The position numbers and the translations under genes were made by a program. A model generated the notes under the pieces. The model was not told where the DNA came from and did not search any database. It was given only the letters and a program-made list of their open reading frames with translations. A DNA stretch of 63,569 bases, filler included, from Rozella allomycis CSF55 (lineage: Eukaryota): assembly GCA_000442015.1 (NCBI GenBank). It is 4 parts of 4 records of this genome, joined end to end, with 100 filler letters (N's around TTAATTAATTAA, not from the genome) between each part and the next. Parts side by side here need not be neighbours in the genome. Positions count along the whole stretch, not along the records: positions 47,968 to 58,372 come from KE561213.1; positions 58,473 to 63,569 come from KE561215.1; 2 more parts are not named here. One strand, written 5' to 3'. Positions 47,971-59,575 of the stretch are shown here, piece after piece. Position 1 is the first letter of the stretch, and the number at the start of each line of letters is the position of its first letter.

Positions 47971-49843
47971 ATGTTTTCGGTTCGGTATTTACGGAATTCA
48001 AGGGTAGGAAGCGTTATTTCCAACAAAAGATTTATGCTCTTGTTCCTTTTTGCTGGTGTGATAATAATACAGCAAATATTTTCGGTGAGTAAATCCGATG
48101 GAGAAGATGATGTGTTCATCAGCAAAGATTCATTAGATTTTGAAGATAAATTAATTGATAAGAAGCCACAACAAGTTCCACCAGTGTCAGTAAACAAGGA
48201 AGAACCACCATTGCCAAAACTAAAAGAAGAGGACAAACCATTGCTAAAAGAAAATACGAAAATTAAAGAGCCGATTATCAATAAGCCCAAAAAAATTCAA
48301 AACGAAGACACAGAATCTTTGAAATTCATTAAGGGGGTACTGATGAAACTACTTAAAAGATTAGATGATAGAGCATGCTTGGAATGGTTACAAGAAATAT
48401 GCATATGGTGATGACGAATTAAGGCCGTTATCGAAATCATCTAGAAATTGGATTACCAAAAATGGCATTGGTGCGACCTTGATTGACAGTTTAGACACTC
48501 TTTGGGTCGCTGGAATGAAAGATGATTTTGAAGATGCCATTAAAAAATTGATGGACATAAATTTCGATCNAAAAATTGATGGATATAAATTTCGATCAAG
48601 TACTGATTGTTTGATCAATTAATTTTAGGATGATTTCGTTTCCACTTTCGAAACAACTATAAGAATTCTTGGAGGTCTTTTATCCGCCTATGATTTGTCT
48701 GGCGACGAAAGAATTCTTCCAAAAATTGTTGACATTGCTGACCGATTATTCCCTGCATTTAATAGCCCGAATGGAATTCCATATTCAAGAATCAATTTGA
48801 AAACGTATGTCTAATAATTGAAATAAAGTAGAGGCGAACATTTTTCACAAACCACAGTTGCATTGGCTGAATTGGGCACCTTACAAATGGAGTTTGCTTA
48901 CGTTTCCGATTTGACTGGAAATCTGAAATATAGAGAAAAGGCATTGGCGGTTTATCAGAAGCTATCAGAGATGCAGACTGGAATTCTTGGGTTATTTCCA
49001 TTGCACATCAATCCATTGTCTATTAAGCAAAGCGATAATGGTAATGCATGGATTAAATCGGCTTAGAATATTCATTTGGTGGCGAAGCTGATAGTTTTTA
49101 TGAATACTTACTAAAAATGTGGATAATGGATGACAAGGAGCCTCAATTGTTTAGAGAAATGTACGACAAAGCTATCAAAGTATATAAATCTGGCAATTGG
49201 AATTAGGCGGCAGAAGAAAAACTCGTGGGAACAAACATTAATGGTTATAGATATTTAGGAAAATTCAGAAGTACTTTGAACACTGAATTAGAACATTTGG
49301 TAATACGACTCGTCTATAATGACAAAGTCATGTTTCGCCGGTGGTATGATAGCCCTTGGGGCAGTCACCAAAAGGGAAGATGATTTTTCAGATAAAATGA
49401 AACTAGCGTCCGATTTAACAGAAACTTGTTATAAAATGTACGAGAGCCAAGAACTAGGATTGTCACCTGAATCTGTGGACGCAAACTATTTTAATCCAAA
49501 GGGTCAATATTATATTCAAAGACCAGAAGTCATAGAAAGTATATTTTATATGTGGAGATTCACTCATGAACAAAAATACAGAGATTGGGGACTTGAAATT
49601 GCAAGGTCAATTGAAAAACATTGTAAAGTTCTAAATGGCTACGTAGGCTATGAAAACATTCTTTCAAAAACAAAAAATAATCAACAAGAGTCTTTCTTCT
49701 TAGCAGAAACTTTGAAATACTTGTACTTGCTGTTCTCTGATGATTCGGTGCTTCCACTCGATAAGTATGTTTTCAATACCGAAGCTCACCCTTTTACAAT
49801 CAAATCTTTTAGAAAATCTAATGACAACATGAAAAAACAATAA
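47971..49843 (+). CDS. GH47 alpha-1,2-mannosidase (type II membrane, Golgi-like), multi-exon
   Basis: N-terminal TM segment; [85 protein letters not shown]. Confidence 0.93.
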
Positions 49844-49870
49844 AGCGTTTTGGCTAACAATTTTTCGTAA

Positions 49871-51904
49871 ATGAAAGTTGTTTTGTTTTTCTTTTTTTAC
49901 GTCATCACCGCTTGCTCAATAGAAAATTCTATAGCATATCCCACTTGCAAATTGGAAAACACCAACTTTTGCTTAGAAAATGATTCCATTTTGAGTTTAT
50001 TGAAATCGAACTGCGCAGATTTGGAAACCTTGTTATTTTTCAATAATGATAATGCTATCAGCAAGCTTGCATACTACTTTATTCAAGCAAGATGCAAAAT
50101 ACAAAATAGCAAAGTCATTTCCTCTATTTATTCGAGAGCTTTGGAATACTTTAAACCTCCACGCAGAACTTTAGAGCGCTCATCAAAAGTAAAAGACGAA
50201 GATAATATCAAAGACTTTAAACTAATTAAACCAATGGAATGGACTGAAAAATTGACAATACAATTGAAAGAGAGGTTCAACTATGCTTCCACAGATTGTG
50301 CTGCATCCATTATTTCCTCTAGCAAACACAGTAAAGGAGCATCCGCGATACTAAACAATAATGGTGATTCATACATGATATCAGAATGCCAATTTCAAAA
50401 CTTTTTTATTGTCGAGCTGTGCAATGAGATAAAAATTGATACCATTGTCCTTGCAAATTTAGAATTCTTTTCTTCCACATTTAAAAAATTTGATGTTCAT
50501 GTCAACGATAGATACCCACCGACAAAAAAACATGGATGGCAAAAGCTTGGAAGTTTCATTGGTAAAAATGTTCGAGAGAAACAAGTATTCATTAATTTTA
50601 TTATTTGTAGGCCTTTAGCGTGGCTAAATCTCCTTTTACAAAGTACATGAAGATAGAAATGCTCGATTACTATGGCACAGAGTTTTATTGCCCCATTTCT
50701 TTTCTCAAGGTTTATGGCGCGACTATGGTAACGTTTTTCTTATATATTAAATAAAAGATTGAAGATTATAGATTATCAGAGGAGGACAACACAAATGTTA
50801 ATCCAATTTTACCTCACACCAATTACAAAGAAATAGAGAATGTTGTCGCCACAAGAACAATTCATCCAGAAAAATCGAACCCTTCTTGTTATATTGAATC
50901 CAAAAAATGGATTCATTCAGAGTGCAAAAATGAAACTTTTTCTCCTGCGATGCCGACCGTCACCGTCACTCTACCAACGTCTCAAGCTACTTTAGTTGAT
51001 AATCGAATCGATTCAAATGGAGCTCAGGATAACGATAATATCTTTAAGAATATTATTTATAGACTTAACGCCCTTGAAGCAAATACGACAATCCTCAATT
51101 TTTATTTAAACAGCTTAAAATCCGACATCGAGAGCAATGAAAATTATCTAAGCCTAAAAGTCAATAGGGTCATAGAATCTTCAAACGAAAGAAGCAAGTC
51201 CTACATTCATGATCAACTCTATCAAATGGTAAATTTATTCGCCGACATTAAAAGAAAAAAGAAATTAGAAAAGAGTTGAATGATTTTAGAAAACAAATCC
51301 ATGCATTCCGTAATGACATTAACCAAGGAAATGACCTTCAAATAATAATTAAGTTTCAAGTAGGTCTAATTAACATTTTCTAACGTAGGTTGCATTGATT
51401 ATAATTTTGCTGGCTGCACTTGCTTGGCGCATTTTTTACAGAACAGGAACTGTTAACGCGAAGCCCGACAAAATTCTAGGAACAAAAGGCTCATTACGGA
51501 GAAAAGAAAGTTTTCGATACTCTTTTGATGATGATCCTAATTTCGAACCAAATTATGGGGAAAAGATTGATCTGGCTATAAGAGACAAAAACTATGATAT
51601 GCCCAAAACACCTGAAGCAAAGTCTAAGGATGATTTAACGTCTGTGGCCTTGACTGACGAACAATTTAGTCGCTTGCTGACCGCGTTAGATTTGGATGGA
51701 ATTGAAAATGAGCCAGCGTCTAGTTCTGTTATTCAATTGAAAAGAACATTTAGCGTTGATAGAGGAAGCTCCAATTTCATCAGTCCTCTTACACAAAGAA
51801 CTATGAAAAAGCTACAAAGTATGGGGGACCAAACAGTCCCTGACTCAGACGATGGTTGGCAGGTAGTTAAATCCAAAAAGAAAAAACATCAAAAATCTTC
51901 ATAA
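49871..51904 (+). CDS. SLP1: Mid-SUN domain protein Slp1/SUCO-like, multi-exon
   Basis: ERFNYASTDCAA, DSYM, IVELCNEIKIDTIVLANLEFFSS, YGTEFYCPIS, NIFKNIIYRLNALEANTT, C-terminal TM segment. Confidence 0.88.
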
Positions 51905-51934
51905 ATCTCCCTTCTTAATTTTGACCCTGGTTAT

Positions 51935-52642
51935 ATGGCTTCCATTTTTACTCTTCCTGAGCTTCCCTACGACTATACCGTTTTGGAACCTTTTATCGAC
52001 TCACAAACAATGCACTTGCATCATAAAATGCATCATAATGCATATGTTACAAAGCTTAACGATGCAAAACCAGGGACTGATGACATCATTGCAATACAAA
52101 GAAGCGCAGCAAAGGCTTCACCTGTAGTGCGTAATAATGGAGGTGGACATTACAACCACTCCTTATTCTGGACCTGGATGGCTAAACCAGGTTCTAGCAA
52201 TCCTCATCCTACAGGTGCACTGAAAGCAAAAATTGATGAATCATTTGGGTCTTTGGACGAAATGAAAAAGAAATTCAATGAAGCGGCTGCTACTCGTTTT
52301 GGTTCTGGGTAAAATATTTAAATCATGCTAATCTTAAGATGGGCATGGTTGGGAGTAAAAAGCGATGGGAAGTTGGCCATTACTTCTACTGCCAATCAAG
52401 ACAATCCCCTAATGACTGGGTTGTCTGAAACTGAAATGGTAAGAATTATAACATATTTAAAGCAGATTCCCATTTTGGGTATTGATGTCTGGGAACATGC
52501 CTACTATTTAAAATATCAAAATCGCCGTCCGGAATACATCGCACAATGGTGGAATGTTGTTAATTGGGATAATGTTGTCCATTACTATGATGAATACGCA
52601 TCAAAAGGCCAAGCTGTTCCAATCAACGCAAGAAAGCCTTGA
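51935..52642 (+). CDS. Mn/Fe superoxide dismutase (Mn-type signatures, no targeting peptide); introns 52309-52338 and 52439-52465
   Basis: [41 protein letters not shown]. Confidence 0.95.
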
Positions 52643-52788
52643 CTAGTAAATAAATTATGATTCGCTTTTGTTTCAGATATTTTAAAGACTAGAAATGAGC
52701 TAAAACCTAAAAGAATTAAATTATATGCAATGATAAAATATAATGTTACGATTGATAGAATTAAAAAACTAAATGAGTATACAAAAAA

Positions 52789-52870
52789 TGATTGGGAAGG
52801 GATTCGAACCCTTGCCTCCGAAGAGATGAGTGCCTTAAACTCACGCCTTAGACCGCTCGGCCACCCAACC
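52789..52870 (-). tRNA. tRNA-Leu (AAG)
   Basis: Cloverleaf ggttggg/cccaatc, A-box tggccgagcgg, anticodon stem tgagt/actca with loop ttAAGgc, long variable arm, gttcgaatc; T6 terminator downstream. Confidence 0.95.
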
Positions 52871-52875
52871 AAGAA

Positions 52876-52900
52876 TGCGAACATCGTGGATCGAACACGA

Positions 52901-52942
<42 letters not shown>

Positions 52943-52948
52943 GTTCGC
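52876..52948 (-). tRNA. tRNA-Phe (GAA)
   Basis: gcgaaca/tgttcgc acceptor stem, agctcagttgggagagc D-arm, ctGAAga loop, gttcgatc T-loop; 73 nt. Confidence 0.96.
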
Positions 52949-53025
52949 TTGTTACACGCCACGGATGTTGAAAATTATTTTTATTCTATCAGAGAGACTC
53001 GAAAAAGACATTTGTCACTAATATT

Positions 53026-53412
53026 TTATTTTCCATATTCTAGATTTAAATGCCTCTTCATCGAGTTTGGCAAAACAAACCACTTCCCAAATGCCCCTAT
53101 AAACCACATATCCTGGAGGGACACATGAGCTATTGAAAACACAAAAAAATTCTATTGATATTTCTATAGTATAGTCATTTTACGTGACGTTTCGTAACTA
53201 GACTTGATAATTGCGAAACCAAACGTTGTTCAAACCAATTGGATCCTTGCCTTATTTGTAACAACTTTATACATTACTTTTTTAATATGCTTTCAATGTA
53301 TTTTTCGAAGGATTCTTCGTCCTTGATGTTATAATACTAATTTCATTACTGGATTTGAGGCGTACGCTGTAACTAGAAATATTGCCCAAATTGTCTTGGA
53401 CAAAAAACCCAT
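53026..53412 (-). CDS. Small 4-exon protein missed by the ORF track (possibly DUF4359-like)
   Basis: Removing three 27-32 nt GT-AG introns gives an open frame MGFLSKTIWAIFLVTAYASNPDEESFEKYIESILKKQGSNWFEQRLVSQLSSLVTKRHNFFVFSIAHVSLQDMWFIGAFGKWF... Confidence 0.7.
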
Positions 53413-53517
53413 ATTAGAAATTTCGACTTTCAATTTTCATCTTTCATCAATTTTCAAAAAAAGTTTATATATAATGAAAAATCATTTAAAAATTAAATGT
53501 ATTAGTTTATTATTTAA

Positions 53518-54992
53518 TCAAGAGTCATCTTCAGCATTATCTTCCTCATTGTCGCTTTCAACTGCTTTATACAACTTTGATCTAAGCTCTTTAAGTTTTT
53601 CATCGTCTTTAGAAACATCATAGTCCGATATCAAGTATCTGTGTTCGAAAGAGTATCCTTCCATACATTTCAACCAACAGAAATACCTTTTTAACATAAT
53701 AGATAAAATTTACTCGTTAGTTTCTACTTCAGCTTTCATCATGGTAGGATAAATTACATTGTGCTTGAAAGCATCCACTTGGTCCGAAACATCGGCAAAG
53801 TCGACCCTTTCAAATTCGTTGGTCTTCTTTTTCTGTTGCGCTTCTAATTTTTCTGCTTTGCAGTTGTAGGTTTTAAAAAACGGTTGCTCTAAAAGAAGAC
53901 CCAACCCAGGTACTCTCGGAATGTTAACGTACGCAGAGCCAAAGGCACGATCCCAAATATCTTCTGGTTTAGCTTTGTAGCGAATAATCATTACAACAAA
54001 ACCTTTCATTAAATAGAAAAATCTTGCGTACCAATCATTTTACGAATTTGATGCATGAGAAAAGCTTGCCCATCGACTTTCAGGGAGACATACTCAGTAT
54101 CACCGACCATGAAAGGATCGCTGGCAGTAAAGCTGCGATGAAACCTTCTAGCACGACTTTGCCCAAAAGTTAGCCCTCTAGTAAAATTGTGGAATGATTG
54201 AGTTCCAACGTAGCGATTTAAAAGATCTCTCAGTAAAGTCAAAGTATCTGCATCAATTCTATACTTTTTCATCTCCTCAATTTCAGTTGGGTTAATTTCG
54301 TCGTAGGTAATTCTTTCAATCTTCTTATTTAGTGCGTTTTCAAGTGATTCTTTCAGTAACGACTGCCCTTGTTCAAAAGATTCAATATTAGATTTTAAAA
54401 GGTACGTTGGAAGCAAATATTCATAAATTCGTCCACTGCAACAAAACTTGGCGTCAAAACCTTTCGTAACTTTAACCATTTCTGTCTATATGTAATTATT
54501 GGCTTTACTGTAGAGTTTTATTTGCGGTGGCAACTTTTCATTTATTTTTTTCACAATTTCTTCGGAATTTTGCCACCCTACCACTTTAGCGGTTAATAGA
54601 TTCGCTGCCGCATGAACACCTTTATCCGTTCGGCAAGCCCTGCCAACTTTCACCTTCATATCTTAAAAAAATCTCTATTACTTTGCTTTGGTTAACTTGG
54701 TTAAATGAATCAACACATCCTGCGTCACACAAGGCTTTGAAAATATCATCTTCAATAGTTTTGGTGCCAGCTACGTGACTATGAAATCTTAAGAATATAA
54801 TTACTTTTGTGACTGCAGGCCGTGATATCCAGTACCAGAGTATCCAACCATTAATGCCATTTTACGTTTTGACCCGGATCTCTTCTTTTCATTCCCTTGA
54901 ACTTCGTTGGAATCTTCTTCTTCAAGAACTCTCTTTTTATCAGGAATGCTTTGATCTGCCTCGATTACAGCGGTTTCTTCTGGTTTGGTCAT
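53518..54992 (-). CDS. PUS1: tRNA pseudouridine synthase 1 (TruA family), multi-exon
   Basis: KRKMALMVGYSGTGYHGLQ, RACRTDKGVHA, RIYEYLLP, SFHNFT, GQAFLMHQIRKMIG, IPRVPGLGLLL. Confidence 0.93.
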
Positions 54993-55359
54993 TGAAAAAT
55001 TCGTGTGGCTGAAGAGTTGCTATTTTAACATTGAAACACTTCAGCTACCTTTGAAAAAATAGATAATGGAAGTCTATTTATTTTCCTCGGGTAAAATTGA
55101 GGCTTCCACATTTTTATGTACTGTGAATAAAAATGGAAATTTCAGCACAAGGACTTTTGCCGTATACATTTGCAAAAAATTGAATTACGATTCATAATTT
55201 TATACCTATTATTAATTATAGTTTAATTGATAAATATCTGTAATTATTTCTGGATTTTTCTAACATTCGAATCCGTACTTTACTTTGTAGAGTTATCGGT
55301 TTGATTGATGACGTCGGCAATGGAACCAAAGTATATTATCATAAAAAATATAAACAACT

Positions 55360-56058
55360 CACCTACCGTTTTACGTGAGAAATTAATTGCGCTACACGTA
55401 AGAAAACATTTTAGGCCAAGACTAGGAAGAATGTTTACCAGTGCGATACAACACTGCATTTTATGATGCACTGTATGAGAATCATGTTGTTTGTCTTGTT
55501 GCTCTTGATCAATACAAAGATCTTATCGGTGTTGCAAGTGCAAGATGGAAGCGAAACGAATCTAACTCTATAGATCATTCTGTTGCATACATAATGACAC
55601 TAGGTAATCAATGACGATATCCTGAACGAGGCGTCACAAAAAGCATAAGAAGGATGGGTCTCGGTCAAAGACTTCTAAAGGTAATAGACATTCCTTATTG
55701 GAATCAGTGTCTTTTATCAGCTTTATATTCAATATCACCAAATGCATCTGTTCAATTAGATGTGCTGCCATCAAATGAAATAGCAATTGAACTATATAAA
55801 GCTCACGACTTTGTCGTTCACTCTTTCAACAAAGATTATTATACTATCAATGGCGTCAATTATGATTCAATTAAAATGATCAGAGATTTTCAAACCTCTC
55901 CCATTCATGACAGTGAATTTTTAAAGCTTCCATTTCAATGCTATCTGGTGGGTGACTGTTTAGAAGAGGAAGTTTGCGAACTACCATCGAAGAAAGGTAT
56001 TGTTCTAAATTTTTTGGACAAAAGTGTACAAATGATTGTAAATCNAGTGTACATATGA
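55360..56058 (+). CDS. GNAT N-terminal acetyltransferase, Naa60/Naa50-like (5' end uncertain), multi-exon
   Basis: Spliced LH-EECLPVRYNTAFY...AYIMTLG-VTKSIRRMGLG...LDVLPSNEIAIELY...DYYTING. Confidence 0.75.
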
Positions 56059-56156
56059 TTGTAAATCAGTTTAGCAAAGGCAAATAAAAATTTTAGATAT
56101 TTTGTAAACAGAATCTCTTTGCACACTTTCTACAGCGACTCTTCAAACTCAAAAAT

Positions 56157-57739
56157 ATGACTAAAAATATAATACTATATTTGCTTTTCCATCTGTTTAT
56201 TGAGTTCGCAAATAGTCTTTCATCAAATACCGAAGCTGAATCCGACAACTTTGGAGGAGCAAACAGAAAGGATATGGTTAAAAGATCTTTTGAACATGCT
56301 TGGAATAGCTACAAAGAATATGCTTTTGGATTTGATCATCTTCACCCTTTGACCCAAAAAGGCGATGATTGGTTTGGTCTAGGTCTTACCATTATAGACT
56401 CATTAGATACTATGCATATAATGGGACTACATGATGAAGTTGCATACTGTGAAAACTGGATTGTCGAACATTTGAATTATGATAACAATTATGATGTCAA
56501 TCTCTTCGAAACAACAATACGTGTACTTGGGTCGTTGCTCTCCATGCACCATTTAACAGGGAAAAAGTTGTATTTAGACAAAGCTGTAGATTTAGCTGAT
56601 CGTTTGCTAAGCGCTTGGAATGGTGATGCGAATATTCCACTTGCAACGATTCATTTAAAGGATCGAGTAGGGGTCCGATCAACTTTTGATGGGGGAGAAA
56701 GTTCAACCTCAGAAGTCTCAACATTGCAAATAGAATTTAGATATCTTAGTTATCTCACTGGAAATAAAACGTACCAAGAAAAGGTTGATAAAACCATGCA
56801 GGTCTTGTTAGATTTGGAAAAGATGGATGGATTGGTACCTATTTTCATCAGGTAAAGCATTTATTGTCACATAAAAGCCCATTTACGGAAACGTTTGCCA
56901 CATTCAATATCAGAATTGGGTCCAGAGGTGACAGCTACTATGAATATTTGATAAAACAGTTTCTTCAAACTTCACAGACTGAAAAACATTTCAGTCAAGA
57001 ATTCAAAACTGCATGGAATGGTATAAAGAAACATCTTTTAAAGGAAACAACCAAGGGCCAATCGTATATTGGAGAACTTCCGTTTGGAAAATATAGTCAA
57101 GCTGTTCATCCTAAAATGGATCATTTAGTCTGCTTTCTTCCGGGTTCTTTGGCGTTATCTTTGACATTGGGAAGACGGTTTTCTGAAGTCAGTTTGTCTG
57201 CGGAGGAATTGGAAGATTTTGAAATCGCAGAGAGACTTTTACAAACATGCTACGAAATGTATGAAATGACGGAAACAGGATTAGCTCCCGAGATTGTTTA
57301 TTTTACTAATGAAGACATGTATATACAACCTGCTGATAGACATTGCTTGCTTCGGCCAGAGACAGTTGAATCCTTGTGGATAATGTATCAAATTACAAGA
57401 AATGAAAAATATCGCGAAATGGGATGGAAAATTTTTACAGCAATAGAGAAATTTGCGAGACACGAAGTAGGATATACATCTATTGACGATGTGACCAAAC
57501 TTCCACCTCCTCGACGTGATAATATGGAATCATTCTTTTTAGCGGAAACCTTAAAATACTTGTACCTTCTTTTTGATGACAATGAAATATTCCCTCTTGA
57601 TAAATATGTNAAACATTCCCTCTTGATAAATACGTTTTCAACACTGAAGCCCATCCATTCCCGATTATTCCTCCTATTTCTGAATGGTACCAATCTGAGA
57701 CATCTACTAACAAATAAATTTCAATGTGTCAAATTTTAA
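56157..57739 (+). CDS. MNS1: GH47 ER alpha-1,2-mannosidase I (Mns1-like)
   Basis: WFGLGLTIIDSLDTM, VNLFETTIRVLGSLLS, SSTSEVSTLQIEF, GSRGDSYYEYL, KMDHLVCFLPG, TGLAPEI, LLRPETVESL. Confidence 0.92.
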
Positions 57740-57786
57740 ATGAATGTTAGGTATAAAAGGTTTCATCCAAATGCACCTAGCCACAA

Positions 57787-58372
57787 ATGCAAGCAAAATC
57801 ACCAGGATTTCAAACAGGCTGGCCGAAGATATCGAATGAGCTTGATAAATTTTTGAGCAACCCAGTAGCTGGAATGTCACATGTGCAGTATGTGAACCTC
57901 TACACGTAATAATATTGGTGATTAGAGATAGCGATATCTATACTATTTGTTCGCAAGTAAAGATCAGCGAAGCATTAGCGGCACAGGGTGTGAATATATA
58001 TGGGGAAGAGGTGTACCGTTCTTTGGAAGAGTTGATGAAGAAACACTTGAAGGGGATCAAGGAGAAACTTGAGAATCTGATGGATGTTGAATTGTTGAGA
58101 GAATATGGGGAACAATGGCGTTTGCTGATCAGAGTTTCGAAAGTTGTCTCGAATATGTTTAGTTACATTAATAGGTATTGGGTGAGCAGACAAATAGGGG
58201 AAAAGGCGGAAGATGTGTTTCTTATTTCAACAATGATTGTTGTGTTGTGGAGAAAAGAAGTGTTTGAGCCAATGAAAAGTAGTTTAATTGAAATAGCATT
58301 AGGACTTGTGGCTAAGCACCGAAATGGGGAGGCAGTAAATTCGGTTTTGGTTAAAGATCTTGTTGATTCTAT
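57787..58372 (+). CDS. Cullin (Cul1-like) N-terminus, truncated by the scaffold end
   Basis: W...L......GM....YVNLYT-DIY..C, GEEVYRSL, LL.EY..QW, FSYINRYWV, RNGEAVN. Confidence 0.85.
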
Positions 58373-58472
58373 NNNNNNNNNNNNNNNNNNNNNNNNNNNN
58401 NNNNNNNNNNNNNNNNTTAATTAATTAANNNNNNNNNNNNNNNNNNNNNNNNNNNNNNNNNNNNNNNNNNNN
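58373..58472. other. Artificial scaffold linker
   Basis: N44-TTAATTAATTAA-N44. Confidence 0.97.
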
Positions 58473-58515
58473 GCCATTTGAATAATTGAATCATCAATAA
58501 ACTTCTCTGTTACAA

Positions 58516-59450
58516 TCATTTATTAAAGTGTTTTGAAGAATTAAATGTTTGCCATCCACTTGCAGGGAGTTCCTTGTTATGGCTTTCGTACCACGCTACA
58601 TCAACCACTTTTGGACGGTCTTCCAATTTCCAATTTTTGGCGTCGCCCTCCAACAGACCATCAAACAATAATTTATCCTTTTTTACTATTTTTTGAAATG
58701 AAAAATCGTAAAAGGAATAATGCTAATTGGTGCCTTAAAATAATCTATACTTTTGGTATAATGATGTGGTCTTTAACAAACAATAACTGATTAACAGTCG
58801 CCGCTTTTACTTGAGGTGCTTGCTCTTTAACCAAATGCAAAAAATGTTCAATAGTGTCGCCATATTTACACTATGATATGGCAAAAGTGATGATTACAGT
58901 AATCTCATGCATGTGACCTGAACCATTCCAAAAAAGATAAGGAATCGTTACAGTTTTATCTTTGGTTTTAAATAAATTAATCAATTACCTTTAAACATTT
59001 CTTGTTGATTAAGCCATTCTACTCTTAGCCTTTCTCTTTCCTCTTCTTCTCTCAATTCTTGGTCTGCATCAGGGAGAAAGCTCGTATCCACTAAAGGATC
59101 TCTGGACAGCTTTGACTTCTTTTTCGTGAATACTTCCTCTTCATCATCATATTTTACATGAATAATTTAATTTTACCAACAGCAAATGACAACTTCGATG
59201 CTTGTGCTTTCCGTTTCGCTTCTTTTTTCGCTTTATCTGTTTTGTTAATCCTGACAATATGCATACAAAAATAAATTTACTTTCTTGTCCCATTTGAATT
59301 TAATTTATCTGGATTTTCAATGCTAGATTTTATTCTCTGAAACTCATCTAGGGCAACTAGACCTATTGTATCCTTTTTTAGTTTTTGCTCCTTATCATCT
59401 CTTTGGGGTACAAACTTTTCTTTAACGTCTGCAAAATTATGTTTCTTCAT
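58516..59450 (-). CDS. FAM50/XAP5 family protein (absent from the ORF track), multi-exon
   Basis: TIGLVALDEF, KLSF, DPLVDTSFLPD, ERLRVEW, IPYLFWNGSGH, LFVKDHIIIP, YSFYDF, KVVDVAWYE...PASGW. Confidence 0.88.
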
Positions 59451-59575
59451 TTAACTGAAAATCTATGCTGAAATTTACCAAATTAGAAAGCAAGCACTAT
59501 ATTCACGTACGAGACATTGAGTTCGCAAATAAGATTGGATTAAATATAATAGACAATAGAAAAAACAAAACTTTA

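Noticed and set aside
52585-53128. ORFs 52585-52884 and 52730-53128
   Set aside because: They overlap the two tRNA genes and are spurious translations.
47971-57739. Two GH47 mannosidases as a functional cluster
   Set aside because: They are divergent ER-type and Golgi-like paralogs separated by unrelated housekeeping genes; proximity is plausible by chance in a compact genome.
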